Positions 10,182 through 19,858 of a stretch of 31,238 bases of DNA are shown here, one piece after another. The notes beneath the pieces were generated by a model. That model was not told the origin of the DNA. It made no database searches and worked only from the letters and a program-made list of their open reading frames with translations. Numbering within the stretch: position 1 is the first letter of the stretch; every line of letters begins with the position of its first letter. Position numbers and translations under genes: made by a program. The stretch is from Atribacterota bacterium (GTDB lineage: Bacteria > Atribacterota > Phoenicimicrobiia > Phoenicimicrobiales > Phoenicimicrobiaceae), in contig JBBRDV010000011.1 of assembly GCA_038203565.1 (NCBI GenBank), forward strand, positions 1 to 31,238, in the 5' to 3' direction.

Positions 10182-10844
10182 TTAACCGCCCAAGGTAACA
10201 TCTTGGGCCTGATACCATTCCAAAGCTCTGTAAAACTGTTCGGGCTTAAAGTCCGGCCACATTTCATCGAGAACATAAAAATCAGCGTAAATCGATTGAA
10301 CCGGCAGAAAACCGCTCAATCTTCGGCGTCCTCCCCACCGGATAATCAAATCGATTCTCGAGATATCTGATGATGCGATATTTTTTAGGAGGTCATCCTG
10401 TTTGAAACCGCCATTTTTCAATGAATAGCAAAGATCCCACTTCCAGCCGTAGTTGACGAGAAAATTTATTTTCATCAGGCCCTCGCCGAATTTAATCCTT
10501 TTCGTATATTGCACCAGTTCCTGCGGGAAAAGCGGCGAATTCGTATCCCCGCAAATTAGCAAATCGGCGTCTCTGTTTGCCAGCCCACTGACGGCATCGA
10601 CGCAGGCCTTTTGAAATGCCCGTGTCTGAACCGCGGGCCGCTTTGTGTTGTCCACGGTAAAGCCATAGAATGTCATTTCTTTGATACCTAACTCTATACA
10701 CATATTGTAAAGCTCAAAGCCTGGGTCTATACCGTAATGATATCCATCCTGTTTTTCATATCCGTTGCTGACCGCCCATCTTCTGTTCCCGTCAGGGATA
10801 ATGCCAATATGGTTCGGCAGGCGCTTAAAACATGAACAATTCAT
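10182..10844 (-). CDS. Undecaprenyl-diphosphate-synthase-family cis-prenyltransferase (atypical paralog)
   Basis: HIGIIPDGNRRWA, FTVDNTKRP, NYG, RWGGRRRLSGFLP; RBS GGAGG. Confidence 0.85.
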   Translation of the reverse strand: MNCSCFKRLPNHIGIIPDGNRRWAVSNGYEKQDGYHYGIDPGFELYNMCIELGIKEMTFYGFTVDNTKRPAVQTRAFQKACVDAVSGLANRDADLLICGDTNSPLFPQELVQYTKRIKFGEGLMKINFLVNYGWKWDLCYSLKNGGFKQDDLLKNIASSDISRIDLIIRWGGRRRLSGFLPVQSIYADFYVLDEMWPDFKPEQFYRALEWYQAQDVTLGG

Positions 10845-11072
10845 TTATACCCTCCATTCACTTGATTATTAACTAGATCATTACTTAAATAATTCTACCT
10901 TTTTCGCCACCACATTCCAATCCTTTTGTGCAATTTTTTTTAACGAAATCTTTCCGAAGTGATTCGGATGTGGTAAAATATATCCGATTATAATGAAAAG
11001 TAGGTAAAATAGATGAAGAAATTATAGAGCCAACAAAATTTATAAGAATCATATTAGATACAGGAGGTTATA

Positions 11073-11942
11073 ATGGAAAAGATACTCGATAAACTTAGAG
11101 AAAAACATGAAAATAAGAAGTGGTTTATATTTATCGAACAATTAATATATAGATTTCAAGATGATGGTGTTACAGAAATAGGAGCACAGTTGGCTTATTA
11201 TCTAATATTAGCTATCTTCCCATTTATTATACTCTTTTTAAGTATACTTCAATTCACTCCACTTGCTGATGCAGACATACTCCAACAACTCCTTGCTCCT
11301 TTACCAGAGGATTCAAAAAAATTATTTTATGAGTTAATAAACAATATTATAAAAGATGGAAGTATAGGGCTTTTATCATTTGGTGCAATTGGTAGTATTT
11401 GGGCCTCTTCAAATGGAATTATGGCGCTTATAAAGGCTGTGAATAAGGCTCTTAATTTAGTCGAATCGAGACCATATATAAAATTGAAAGGCCTTTCTAT
11501 ACTTTTTACAATTGCTCTATTTTTCATTCTTATAGTTACATTTAGCGTACTAATATTTGGAGAAGTTATATTTAATGCCATGTTTGTTTCTTACTCATGG
11601 GCAACTGTTGCAATATGGAAAATATTAAAATTGTTAATTCCGCTAATATTTATGATTCTTTCATTTACTGTACTTTATAAATTTTCCCCTTCCATAAAAA
11701 AAGGTATAAACATTAAATTCTCGGAAAGTATGCCAGGTGCAGTATTTGCAAGCATATTTTGGCTTGTATTATCAATAGCATTCTCGTTTTATGTTAGTAA
11801 TTTTGGGAACTATTCTAATACATATGGAAGTCTTGGAGGAGTTATAATATTTTTAGTATGGCTCTATATGAGCAGTATAGTTATAGTGCTAGGAGCTGAA
11901 GTTAATGCAACGCTTCTATCCATGAAAGATAAAAGGCAGTAA
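11073..11942 (+). CDS. YihY/BrkB family membrane protein
   Basis: AQLAYYLILAIFP, IWASSNG, PGAVFA, YGSLGGVIIFLVWLY, LGAEVN. Confidence 0.92.
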   Translation: MEKILDKLREKHENKKWFIFIEQLIYRFQDDGVTEIGAQLAYYLILAIFPFIILFLSILQFTPLADADILQQLLAPLPEDSKKLFYELINNIIKDGSIGLLSFGAIGSIWASSNGIMALIKAVNKALNLVESRPYIKLKGLSILFTIALFFILIVTFSVLIFGEVIFNAMFVSYSWATVAIWKILKLLIPLIFMILSFTVLYKFSPSIKKGINIKFSESMPGAVFASIFWLVLSIAFSFYVSNFGNYSNTYGSLGGVIIFLVWLYMSSIVIVLGAEVNATLLSMKDKRQ

Positions 11943-12828
11943 AGGGGTCAGGTCTCAACATTTGACATTCATTCTTCTTTTAAAGCTGTTACCACCTTTT
12001 GCATAACCTCTTTTATCTCTTGATTCACTTCACATTTTTGTTCAAATCTTTTAGCAGCCTGGGAAACAGCCGAATAATCCATCTTGAAAATTTTACCTAT
12101 TTCAGATAAGGAAAGTGGGGTAAAGCGTTTAATAAGATAGATGGCTAAAGGACGATGCAGGTTTCCTCTTTTTTTATCAAAGATGGCTTTTTTTTCAAGA
12201 TGTAATACTTGAGTCATTTTGAGAATAATCGTATCCACATCATATTTAGATAAGTAGCGGGTAGAAGGAATTTCTCTCCTTCGACCTTCTTGGTCTATTT
12301 TTTCTTTTATCTTTTCAATGAATGTAGTACTACCAAGAGCGATACGGTAGTAGGATTCTTTCATAGGGTCTTTCATATCCTGATATTCGATAAGATAATT
12401 TCGGTATTTCTTGATTGCTTTTAAAGTATTATTGTCAATAAGATTGAGTACAAAAGAAGGTTCCGTTATACTAGATTTTCTTAAATTAAGGTAATCCAAA
12501 TAACTGCTCCATGGATAATCTTCTAGCTGTCTGCCTATACCCGCCCGTATGGGATTTAGATGAATATAAGCAGAGAGCATCAGAGCATAATTGTCGGCAT
12601 CAATTAAAATAGATTTGAAACGGCCTTGAAAAAGAGGACCGGTGATTTGATGTTTATTGCGAAACCAATTGGCATATGCGCTATTAAGATAATGGATACC
12701 TTGAGACAGGTTAGGTTTTGTTGTTTTAATGAATAGATGATAATGATTATCCATAAGACAATAAGCATGGCAAGTCATCGCATATTTTATGAGCATTTCA
12801 TCTAATTTATTTAAAAATATCTCTTTTT
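11941..12828 (-). mobile_element. RAYT-like Y1/HUH transposase with C-terminal DnaA_C-like HTH; N-terminus removed at the IS110 junction; right end 11941-11967
   Basis: AYCLMDNHYHL (HUH), GPLFQGRFKS, YIHLNP, YPWSSY, SLSEIGKIFKMDYSAVS; frame stays open upstream of the ORF start (KEIFLNKLDEM) up to the IS110 stop. Confidence 0.85.
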
Positions 12829-13844
12829 TTATGCCACTTTCTTTAACACTTTTCTAACAATATAATCTCTATCTTCAGTTAACATCTTATAGATGACTTT
12901 AATTAATTGCCGGGCCAGGCAGCGAAGGTTATGATTATGACTTTTCCCTTCTGCCCGTTTTTTTAAGTAATAGAATTTGCACTGGGGGATAAAACGGATA
13001 CTGCATCCGGCCGTGATAATTAAAGTCTGCTTACATATTTTATTGGCTTTATGTACTACTTTGGCTTTTGTTACCTTTCCTGAGTCATTGTTTACACAGG
13101 CAATACCACAGTAAACGGCCAATTGTTTTTCGGAAGGGAAGCGCCTGATATCTCCGATCTCTCCGATAAACCTGCTTGCCAGTTTAGTAGCCACTCCGGG
13201 AATCGTCTTTAAGCGTTTAACTGACTTATTCTTTTCTCCTATTTTATCTAGCTTTTTATCTATATCCTTAATCTCTTCCTGTAGCTCTAAAATACGTTTG
13301 GCATAAGATAAGGTGATTGTTTTATATATATCGGTTAGACCCACATATTCTATATTGTTTAACCTTTTAAGTAAGAAAGGAACTTGTCCTTTCCCTATTC
13401 CTTTTATCTTCAGTAATGATTTTAGAGTCATTCTTTTATATTTAGAAAAATCAGGATATTTGGCTAAGGTAGCTATGATCCTTTTATTCTTCAGTTTACC
13501 CAATTCTAATACCTGGGGACATACTTCCAGTAATTTCTTGCTTAATCTGTTAGTAAGTCTAACTTTTTCGTCAATCAGCGTCTGCTGGTGGCGGGAGAGT
13601 ATTTTCAGGCTCTCGGTGACCGGAGAGGGTCTTTCTATTTCAATGAATACTTTTTCCCTTTTACTGTTTATATGCTTCTTTAACTTTAACATCTTGGAGA
13701 GCATAAGAGCATCTCTTCCGTCATCTCTCCATTCACCGGCAAAGGCCTCCCGGAATCTTTTTAATTTTAAGTTATCGATATTATAGAGAGTAAAGCCCTT
13801 ATCAAGTAGTATCCGGTCAAAGGGAGCACTATAGCCATTCTTTC
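12829..13844 (-). mobile_element. IS110 family recombinase, 5'-truncated
   Basis: DxxDA, LKTIPGV, GEIGDIRRF, YCGI..NDSGK, LARQL; N-terminal part of the DEDD domain absent. Confidence 0.88.
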
Positions 13845-13897
13845 TGTAAATAGCAAATGAAAAGTACACCATATTTCAGCCGAAAAGTGCACCACTT
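13845..13897 (+). mobile_element. IS21-family-type terminal repeat (solo end)
   Basis: TGT start followed by tandem GAAAAGT(A/G)CACCA boxes; coincides with the IS110 truncation point. Confidence 0.6.
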
Positions 13898-13920
13898 TTT
13901 CTAAAAAATAAATCAATCTA

Positions 13921-15162
13921 GTGTTATGTCAAGTTAACAATATGGGGTAAAGTCTCTTAAGCTTTATCCTTGCATCTTCAGCAGTAAACTGCCAGTCAAC
14001 TTTGGCTTGATCAGAATTCCGCTTCTCTTGCCATGCAGCAACTTCACTTGATAATATCCCCTTATCAGGTATTCTACGGTTTAGACACTGACCATTTAGA
14101 ATCCTTAGCTCAATCTCTGCTATATTTTAGCCAACTGCCGTGTTTTGGAGTATAATGTATTTCAAGCCTGTCAAGTAGCCGTCTGGCTTCCTGCGGCTCA
14201 AATGCCTCATACAGTGAAGCACCGGTATGTGTATTAAGATTATCCATTACCAAAATGACCTTTTGAGCATCAGGATAATGAACATCCAGAAGCTCTTTTA
14301 CCTGTACTGCCCAGTCAACTTTTGTGCGTCTGTCTGTAACAGATACCAATCTTTTACCACCAAATGGTTCGTAGAACATAAACAGGCTGCATACACCATT
14401 GCGTTCATATTCATAATCATAACGAGATGGCCTTCCTGGTTTAGCTGATATTGCCAAACGCGTTTCTTTTGTCAGCTGCTTGCTTGTCTCGTCCATACAT
14501 AACAAAGGCATATCCGGGTTAACCTCTCTCTTGTAAATTGTTAGAACATCCTCCATTGCACATACAAAGGAAGCATTAGCCTTAGGTGGTATACACCACA
14601 TCTCTTTTAACCATGGTTTAATTTCGTTTTTTTTAAAGTCTGCCTGACAGTCTCATAGGATACACTTTCTACATAATCCAGCTCAACCATCCTGTCAGCC
14701 AGCAGGCGAAGCGACCAACCACTTCTCCCTTTAGGCGGTTCGCTACAGGAAAGGGCAATAAGATGTGCTTCGGCATCGCCATCAAGCCTTTTGCGAGAAA
14801 TTTTTTGGATATATTGTTGCCGCTTTAATACTGCATCAAAACCTTCCTGGACCAATTGCTTTCTAACCCTTTCAACTGTTTGTACTGTTACATCAAGTGC
14901 CTGGCTAATTTTTTCATCTGACCATCCAGGTCCATCTTTTCCCTGCTCTGCTTTTAACAAAATTCTTGCCCGTATAAATAACTGAGCAGATCTTTTGCCT
15001 GATGATATAAATCGCTTTAGCGTTTGGCTCTCTTGTTGTGACAAACGTACAATATATTTTTTCATGACTCTCCTCCTGACTTGTATCTTTTATTACTGAA
15101 TATGGCATAAGTCAGGAAGTAAGTCAAGTTTATTACCCAATATTATCATACTGACATGACAC
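13921..15162 (-). mobile_element. IS630 family element, full length but with an extra frameshift
   Basis: IRs GTGTTATGTCAAGT / ACTGACATGACAC flanked by TA (CTAG) on both sides; ORF A HTH 14607-15065, A8 slippery site 14627-14634, ORF B with DE..DNL..HYTPKHGSWL; extra A near 14125 shifts out NIAEIE; frame ends RLYPILLT* at 13929. Confidence 0.92.
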
Positions 15163-15255
15163 TAGTAAATAAAATACAGGGCGCAGAAAAACTTATTAAG
15201 AAAAGATCGAATAAAACCTCTGCCAGTTAAATACGCGTTTCATTTTTAATTTCTT

Positions 15256-15558
15256 TTACTTTTTTTTATTTATTTCGTCTTCTACCTCTTTAGCGCCTTC
15301 TTTATAAAACTTTTCTTCATCTGGGGCAAGTTCTTTTAAAAGCCTAAGAAATTCTCCGGCATGAACAAGTTCTTCATTTGCAATGTCCTTCAACACCTCT
15401 TGTGCTAATTTGTTATCAGTTGATTTAGCAAGCTGCATATAAAGCTGAATAGCTTCGTACTCTGCTGCAACCATAAACCTTATTGCACGAATTAACTCTT
15501 CTTTTGTAAGCTTACGGTCTTTCTTAAGACCAGAAAATGGATTTCCAAATTCAGGCAT
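15256..15558 (-). CDS. Short ferritin-like protein (encapsulated-ferritin/rubrerythrin-type half fold)
   Basis: AAEYEAIQLY and DIANEELVHAGEF di-iron helices; RBS AAGGAG before ATG 15558. Confidence 0.8.
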   Translation of the reverse strand: MPEFGNPFSGLKKDRKLTKEELIRAIRFMVAAEYEAIQLYMQLAKSTDNKLAQEVLKDIANEELVHAGEFLRLLKELAPDEEKFYKEGAKEVEDEINKKK

Positions 15559-15676
15559 TGTTATCATCTCCTTTTAATTTTATATATGAACCTTAGTAAT
15601 AATAAAGAAGCTTTATAATTATATTCAGCTTTTTAGATTAATAATCCTCTTTCTCTAGAAAATAATTCTAAAAAAT

Positions 15677-15707
15677 AAAAAAGCTCTTTAGTAAAATACC
15701 AGAGGAC
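15677..15707 (-). terminator. Intrinsic terminator after the FAD oxidoreductase
   Basis: Minus strand CTCTGGTA-TTT-TACTAAAGAG imperfect stem followed by a U-rich tract. Confidence 0.45.
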
Positions 15708-15750
15708 TATAATTTATCTAGCTCTACTATCTACACCCTTAAACGGAGTA

Positions 15751-17394
15751 TTAGATCTCTTTCTCAGGTTCTCTAATCACATTCAAACCAGCAATATAAC
15801 CAAAGGTCATAGCCGGACCAATGGTACTGCCTCCTCCCCAATAAGCGTTTGCAGTCGGAGAAGCGATACAGTTTCCAGCTCCATAAAGTCCGGGGATCGG
15901 TTTATCATCCACATTCATGACCTGGGATTTAGAGTTGATGATGGGACCTCCATTGGTATCCAGGGTTCCGGCACCCAGAATGATCGCATAGTATGGCCCC
16001 TCACCGCTGAGAGGGAACATGGTATAGTTCACACTACCAGCCGGCGGCCATTCTGTACCAGGAACTGTTGGCGGGAAGGTGGTCCACTCCCGATCCTAGT
16101 TGAAATCACCCCGGCTGAAGTCTTTATCTTTACCGGATTTGGCAAACTCGTTGAACCGAGTCACTGTCTGTTTCAAATTTTCCCGAAAATCAGGATCGAG
16201 GTTAAATCCTCCGGTATGAGAAGACAATTCTTTCAGCCGTAAAGCTATGCCATCGCTCAATTCATCCCATGAACTTGCTGAAATAATATAATTGGCGGAG
16301 TCCCCTGAACCGGAAAAGGGGGAAAACCCTGCCATAGCGAGGTCGTCCGCTGGTCAAAAATCATAAATACCAGCATATTCGTCCATTCCGCTCGTTGAGG
16401 ATCCCAGACAAAATGAGTCATCGTCCGGTCATTATAGTTCCGCTTCTCATCCATAATTCGATGTCCGTACCGATTAACCTCAATAACACTGTCTCCAGGA
16501 ATATAAAAGACATCGTGTAACCCGTAGGGATCGCTCAAAGCTTGTTCTAAGATAATTTCTGCCCGGAAGGCACCAGCCGTATTACCCAATTTTGCTCCCA
16601 CTTTACCTGCCATTTTAATGAAATCTCCCGTATTAGTCGCTACGGCACAACCGACAAAGTGTGGTCCCCGTTGGAAATGAAGCATGAGTTCAGGATTACG
16701 GGCATAGCCGCCACTACCAAAAATTACAGCTTTGCGTGCTCGAAAATTCAATAAGTCCTGACCGTTGGCAAGAACTTCTAGTCCAACCACCTCTCCTTGA
16801 TTGTTGGATAAAATATGTACTACTTGATGATTTGTCAGTATTGTAATTCCATTGTCTTTAGTCCATGATTTCAATTGACGGATTAATTCCCCTCCATAAG
16901 ACATCTTACCTTCCCGATCCTTTGAATACAAGACACGGCCACGAACTCCTTTATTTTCTGGCAGATGATCCATATAGTCCACCTGAGGTTTTCCTGTCCA
17001 GTTGATTTCCTGTATACTTTGTAACGCTCCGCAAGCTTCAAGAAACTCAACCATCTCAGAGGCTCTATCATAGTAGGTGTCAATCAAAGCAAATTCGTTT
17101 TCCGGAAGTCCCAACCTGGGTGCTTCAGGATTGTAGAGTTGAGGATAAGAATACCGCACCATATAGCGTAAGGCATCTTCTTTAACATCCTTGATCCCTT
17201 TTTCCCGTTGAAACTTATTGTTTGGAATCCAATATCCGCCTCCCGAACGTAGAACGTAGTGTGGTTCCTCCAATGGGAGACGCCTTTTCCAGCATAATTA
17301 CATCGACACCTTGTTTTTTTGCCGTTATCGCTGCTGAAAAGGCAGCAGCTCCACTTCCGACGACAAGTACATCTTTTTCACTGTGATACTTCAT
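15751..17394 (-). pseudogene. FAD-binding oxidoreductase (3-ketosteroid-delta1-dehydrogenase / fumarate-reductase flavoprotein family), disrupted
   Basis: MKYHSEKDVLVVGSGAAA, GGTT.RSGGGYWIP, SGGY, NTGD, LDTNGG, IPGLYGAGN, GGSTIGPAMTFG; 7-bp duplication at 17245-17258, 1-bp frameshift near 16303, in-frame TAG at 16096-16098. Confidence 0.88.
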
Positions 17395-17432
17395 GATTTT
17401 TCCTCCTTCGGTTACTCACCGTAACCTTTGAT

Positions 17433-17702
17433 CTAACGCAAACAAAAATAATTCCGATCAAATCCCATCTTTTCATAAACCGGGCAACCCGGGCAAATAC
17501 AGCCTCTCTCATACTTGATACATTTGCTGATACCAAACCCTGAAATACAATAAGCCAGCAGGTCACTACAATTCACATAAGAAGGGCACGTGGGACAAAT
17601 ACATTGAGCCTGTAACTTTTTATCCATCACTTTCCACCTCATTTCATGATTCTTTATTTCCTGTATCTTATCAGTATTCTTTTCCGAGTCTAAATTCATC
17701 AT
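17433..17702 (-). CDS. DUF2769-like Cys-rich protein
   Basis: CICPTCPSY..C..YC..G.SKCI...GCICPGCPV...YFC; start codon uncertain. Confidence 0.7.
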   Translation of the reverse strand: MMNLDSEKNTDKIQEIKNHEMRWKVMDKKLQAQCICPTCPSYVNCSDLLAYCISGFGISKCIKYERGCICPGCPVYEKMGFDRNYFCLR

Positions 17703-18164
17703 TTTTGACCCATCCTTCGGCATAACCAAGCAATGAAACTAAACATTTAATTAGTTCAAAGTGTTGTCTTTCTTGTTTAACATCTTTTATTCTTTACTAA
17801 ATAACGATTTGATTATTTTTATTTAGTTATTTTTTGGATTTTTATCTCCTATTCAATATCACCCTTTTTTTTACTTCAGCCATTTTAATAAATATTAAAT
17901 ATATTATTAATTATATACTACAAGGTTATTCAAAAAACCTTCTGTTCTATAAAAATATCTGAAAAAAATAAAAAAGCCATTCAGCAGAATGCTTAAAGGT
18001 TGGTAATGTCTTAATTTACTCATGTTTTCCAGTTGGAACCAAATTATCCAAAAAATACGAAATATATATAAATTAAAAGGAGTTAATTAATCTTTCTTAA
18101 AGTATGCCCCTTGCGGTCTTTCAGCCACTTCTGCGCCGGCTGATAACCATAGATTTCCTGAATT

Positions 18165-18371
18165 TTATTTTAGATTTTTCAGCGCCTTTTTAGCAATAGG
18201 AGTAAAATTAAGATTGAATTTCATAAATCTTCCAGAAATTCTTCCAAATTTTCTACCTTTTCGGTCTTTTCTTCTTTTGCTTCAGCTAAACCCTGACGAA
18301 TTGACTTTAAAGTTTGAGGATTTTGATAAATCCAGGCTTCTCTAAGGAACTCTTTTTTTCTTAGTTTTCAT
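18165..18371 (-). pseudogene. Degenerate type II toxin-antitoxin pair (antitoxin plus RelE/ParE-like N-terminus)
   Basis: Frameshifted EAWIYQNPQTLKSIRQGLAEAKE..LEEFLEDL* overlapping (ATGA) MKFNLNFTPIAKKALKNLK*. Confidence 0.55.
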
Positions 18372-18479
18372 TTTATTCACCTCTTTTTATAAGATAATTT
18401 ATAGCGGAAAATATTCAAACGGGAAGGTGAAAATTATCGATATAATACAAATTAGAAAAATGGCTTGGGGAATTTATAT

Positions 18480-19142
18480 TTAGCAGTATCCTTTATCATA
18501 TAAGATAAATAATAGATAACCCTTCTTAATTTCAATGGAAAAACAATTAGCTTCGATAACATTACTAATACTGTAATCGGTGGGTGAAAAGTCCGGATTT
18601 TTTAGAGGATATTTTGCGCCAGTCACAGATATTCCGGATACTTTTCCCAAGGGAAACAGAGAGAATCTCCTGCCACTTAACCCGGAAAATTCTTTTTTAA
18701 AAGTGATAGGAAATATAACGGCATTACCAGTAATGACTTCGATTCCAATATTTGGTTGGTAATTTCTACAAAGATTGATGATATTGGCTAGGCTGTGATC
18801 AAAATAACTGCCGGTCATAGCCAGTAAGAATATTTTTTTTGGTTTCAGTGAGATCGCTTTTTGTAAACTGATTTCCGAATCGGTTAAATCTTTCTCCTTA
18901 ACATATCTTTCCAAAGGAATATTTTTATATTTTGCTAATATGTTTTCCGGTATACTATCCAGATCTCCAATGATCAGATCAGGGGTAATATTTAGCTCAT
19001 CCAAAACAGAAAGACCGTTATCAGCAGCAATAATATAATCAGAACTTTGGCAGTAATCTCTTATCTTGGAGAAATCCCAATCTTCGCCATGACCAATAAT
19101 ACTGATCTGAATATAGGTTTTGGTTTGATTCTTCTTATTCAT
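18480..19142 (-). CDS. thiN: Thiamine diphosphokinase
   Basis: IIAADNG, PDLIIGDLDSI, KDLTD, G.YFDH, SN motifs; last gene of the TPP operon. Confidence 0.9.
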   Translation of the reverse strand: MNKKNQTKTYIQISIIGHGEDWDFSKIRDYCQSSDYIIAADNGLSVLDELNITPDLIIGDLDSIPENILAKYKNIPLERYVKEKDLTDSEISLQKAISLKPKKIFLLAMTGSYFDHSLANIINLCRNYQPNIGIEVITGNAVIFPITFKKEFSGLSGRRFSLFPLGKVSGISVTGAKYPLKNPDFSPTDYSISNVIEANCFSIEIKKGYLLFILYDKGYC

Positions 19143-19161
19143 GCCCTCTCCGTTTCAGTGA

Positions 19162-19833
19162 TTATTTTACCCACAAAATACAAAAATATCCGGGTCTTTC
19201 AGTTTTAGATAATTCTTCTTCTTTGGCCATACTGATTTCTTCTTCTTTTAGATCAGGGGGTATATAGAGGCATTCACTGATACTCATTATTTTATCTTTT
19301 TTTATTTTCTTAAAATCTTCCAAACTCATCAGTTGAGCAGCTTTAAAGACGGTATTTTTTTGAAATTCTTCCGAGGTATACAATTCACCCCATTGACTGT
19401 CTCGGCTGATTGTCCCGATCAGGATTTGGCCCTGGTCTTTGCACACCCGAAACATTTCCATCATCGCTTTTTCTAGATCTTTTACAAATTCAAAAGTGGC
19501 CATGGAAAAGACGGCATCAAAATATTGATCCGGAAACTGCAAATCATATACATTCATAGGATAGTAATCGATATGGAGATTTTCTTTTTTCGTTTTTTCT
19601 CTAGCCAGGTTGAGCATTTGATCGGAAAGGTCAATACCGGTAACCTGACAGCCTTTTTTTGCCAGTTTCAGGCTGAAATTCCCTGTTCCACATCCGACAT
19701 CCAAAACCTTCATCCCTTTTTTTATTTTAAAGAGACGGAAAGCACATTCACTTTCCACCAAATCCACGTGTTTTCCCAACCTGGTGCTATACCAATCATC
19801 ATAAATATTGGATACCTTATCAAATACTGCCAC
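19162..19833 (-). CDS. Class I SAM-dependent methyltransferase
   Basis: VLDVGCGTG, GIDLS..ML, FPDQYFDAVFS, EMFRVCK. Confidence 0.9.
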   Translation of the reverse strand: MAVFDKVSNIYDDWYSTRLGKHVDLVESECAFRLFKIKKGMKVLDVGCGTGNFSLKLAKKGCQVTGIDLSDQMLNLAREKTKKENLHIDYYPMNVYDLQFPDQYFDAVFSMATFEFVKDLEKAMMEMFRVCKDQGQILIGTISRDSQWGELYTSEEFQKNTVFKAAQLMSLEDFKKIKKDKIMSISECLYIPPDLKEEEISMAKEEELSKTERPGYFCILWVK

Positions 19834-19858
19834 TGTTAAATCTCCTTATAGCAAAGAA

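Noticed and set aside
10172..10276. N-terminal extension of the ATPase ORF in the supplied track
   Set aside because: It overlaps the prenyltransferase gene; the RBS supports ATG 10171.
13944..13956. GGGGTAAAGTCTC identical to part of the 8040 motif
   Set aside because: It encodes the RLYP C-terminus of the IS630 transposase inside that element's ends, so it is most likely coincidence.
14627..14634. Split IS630 ORFs as a novelty
   Set aside because: A -1 frameshift at an A-run (KKNE..PW) is a known feature of IS630 elements.
16096..16098. In-frame TAG as possible pyrrolysine or readthrough
   Set aside because: The gene has two other frameshifting lesions and no pyl genes are visible; a nonsense mutation is simpler.
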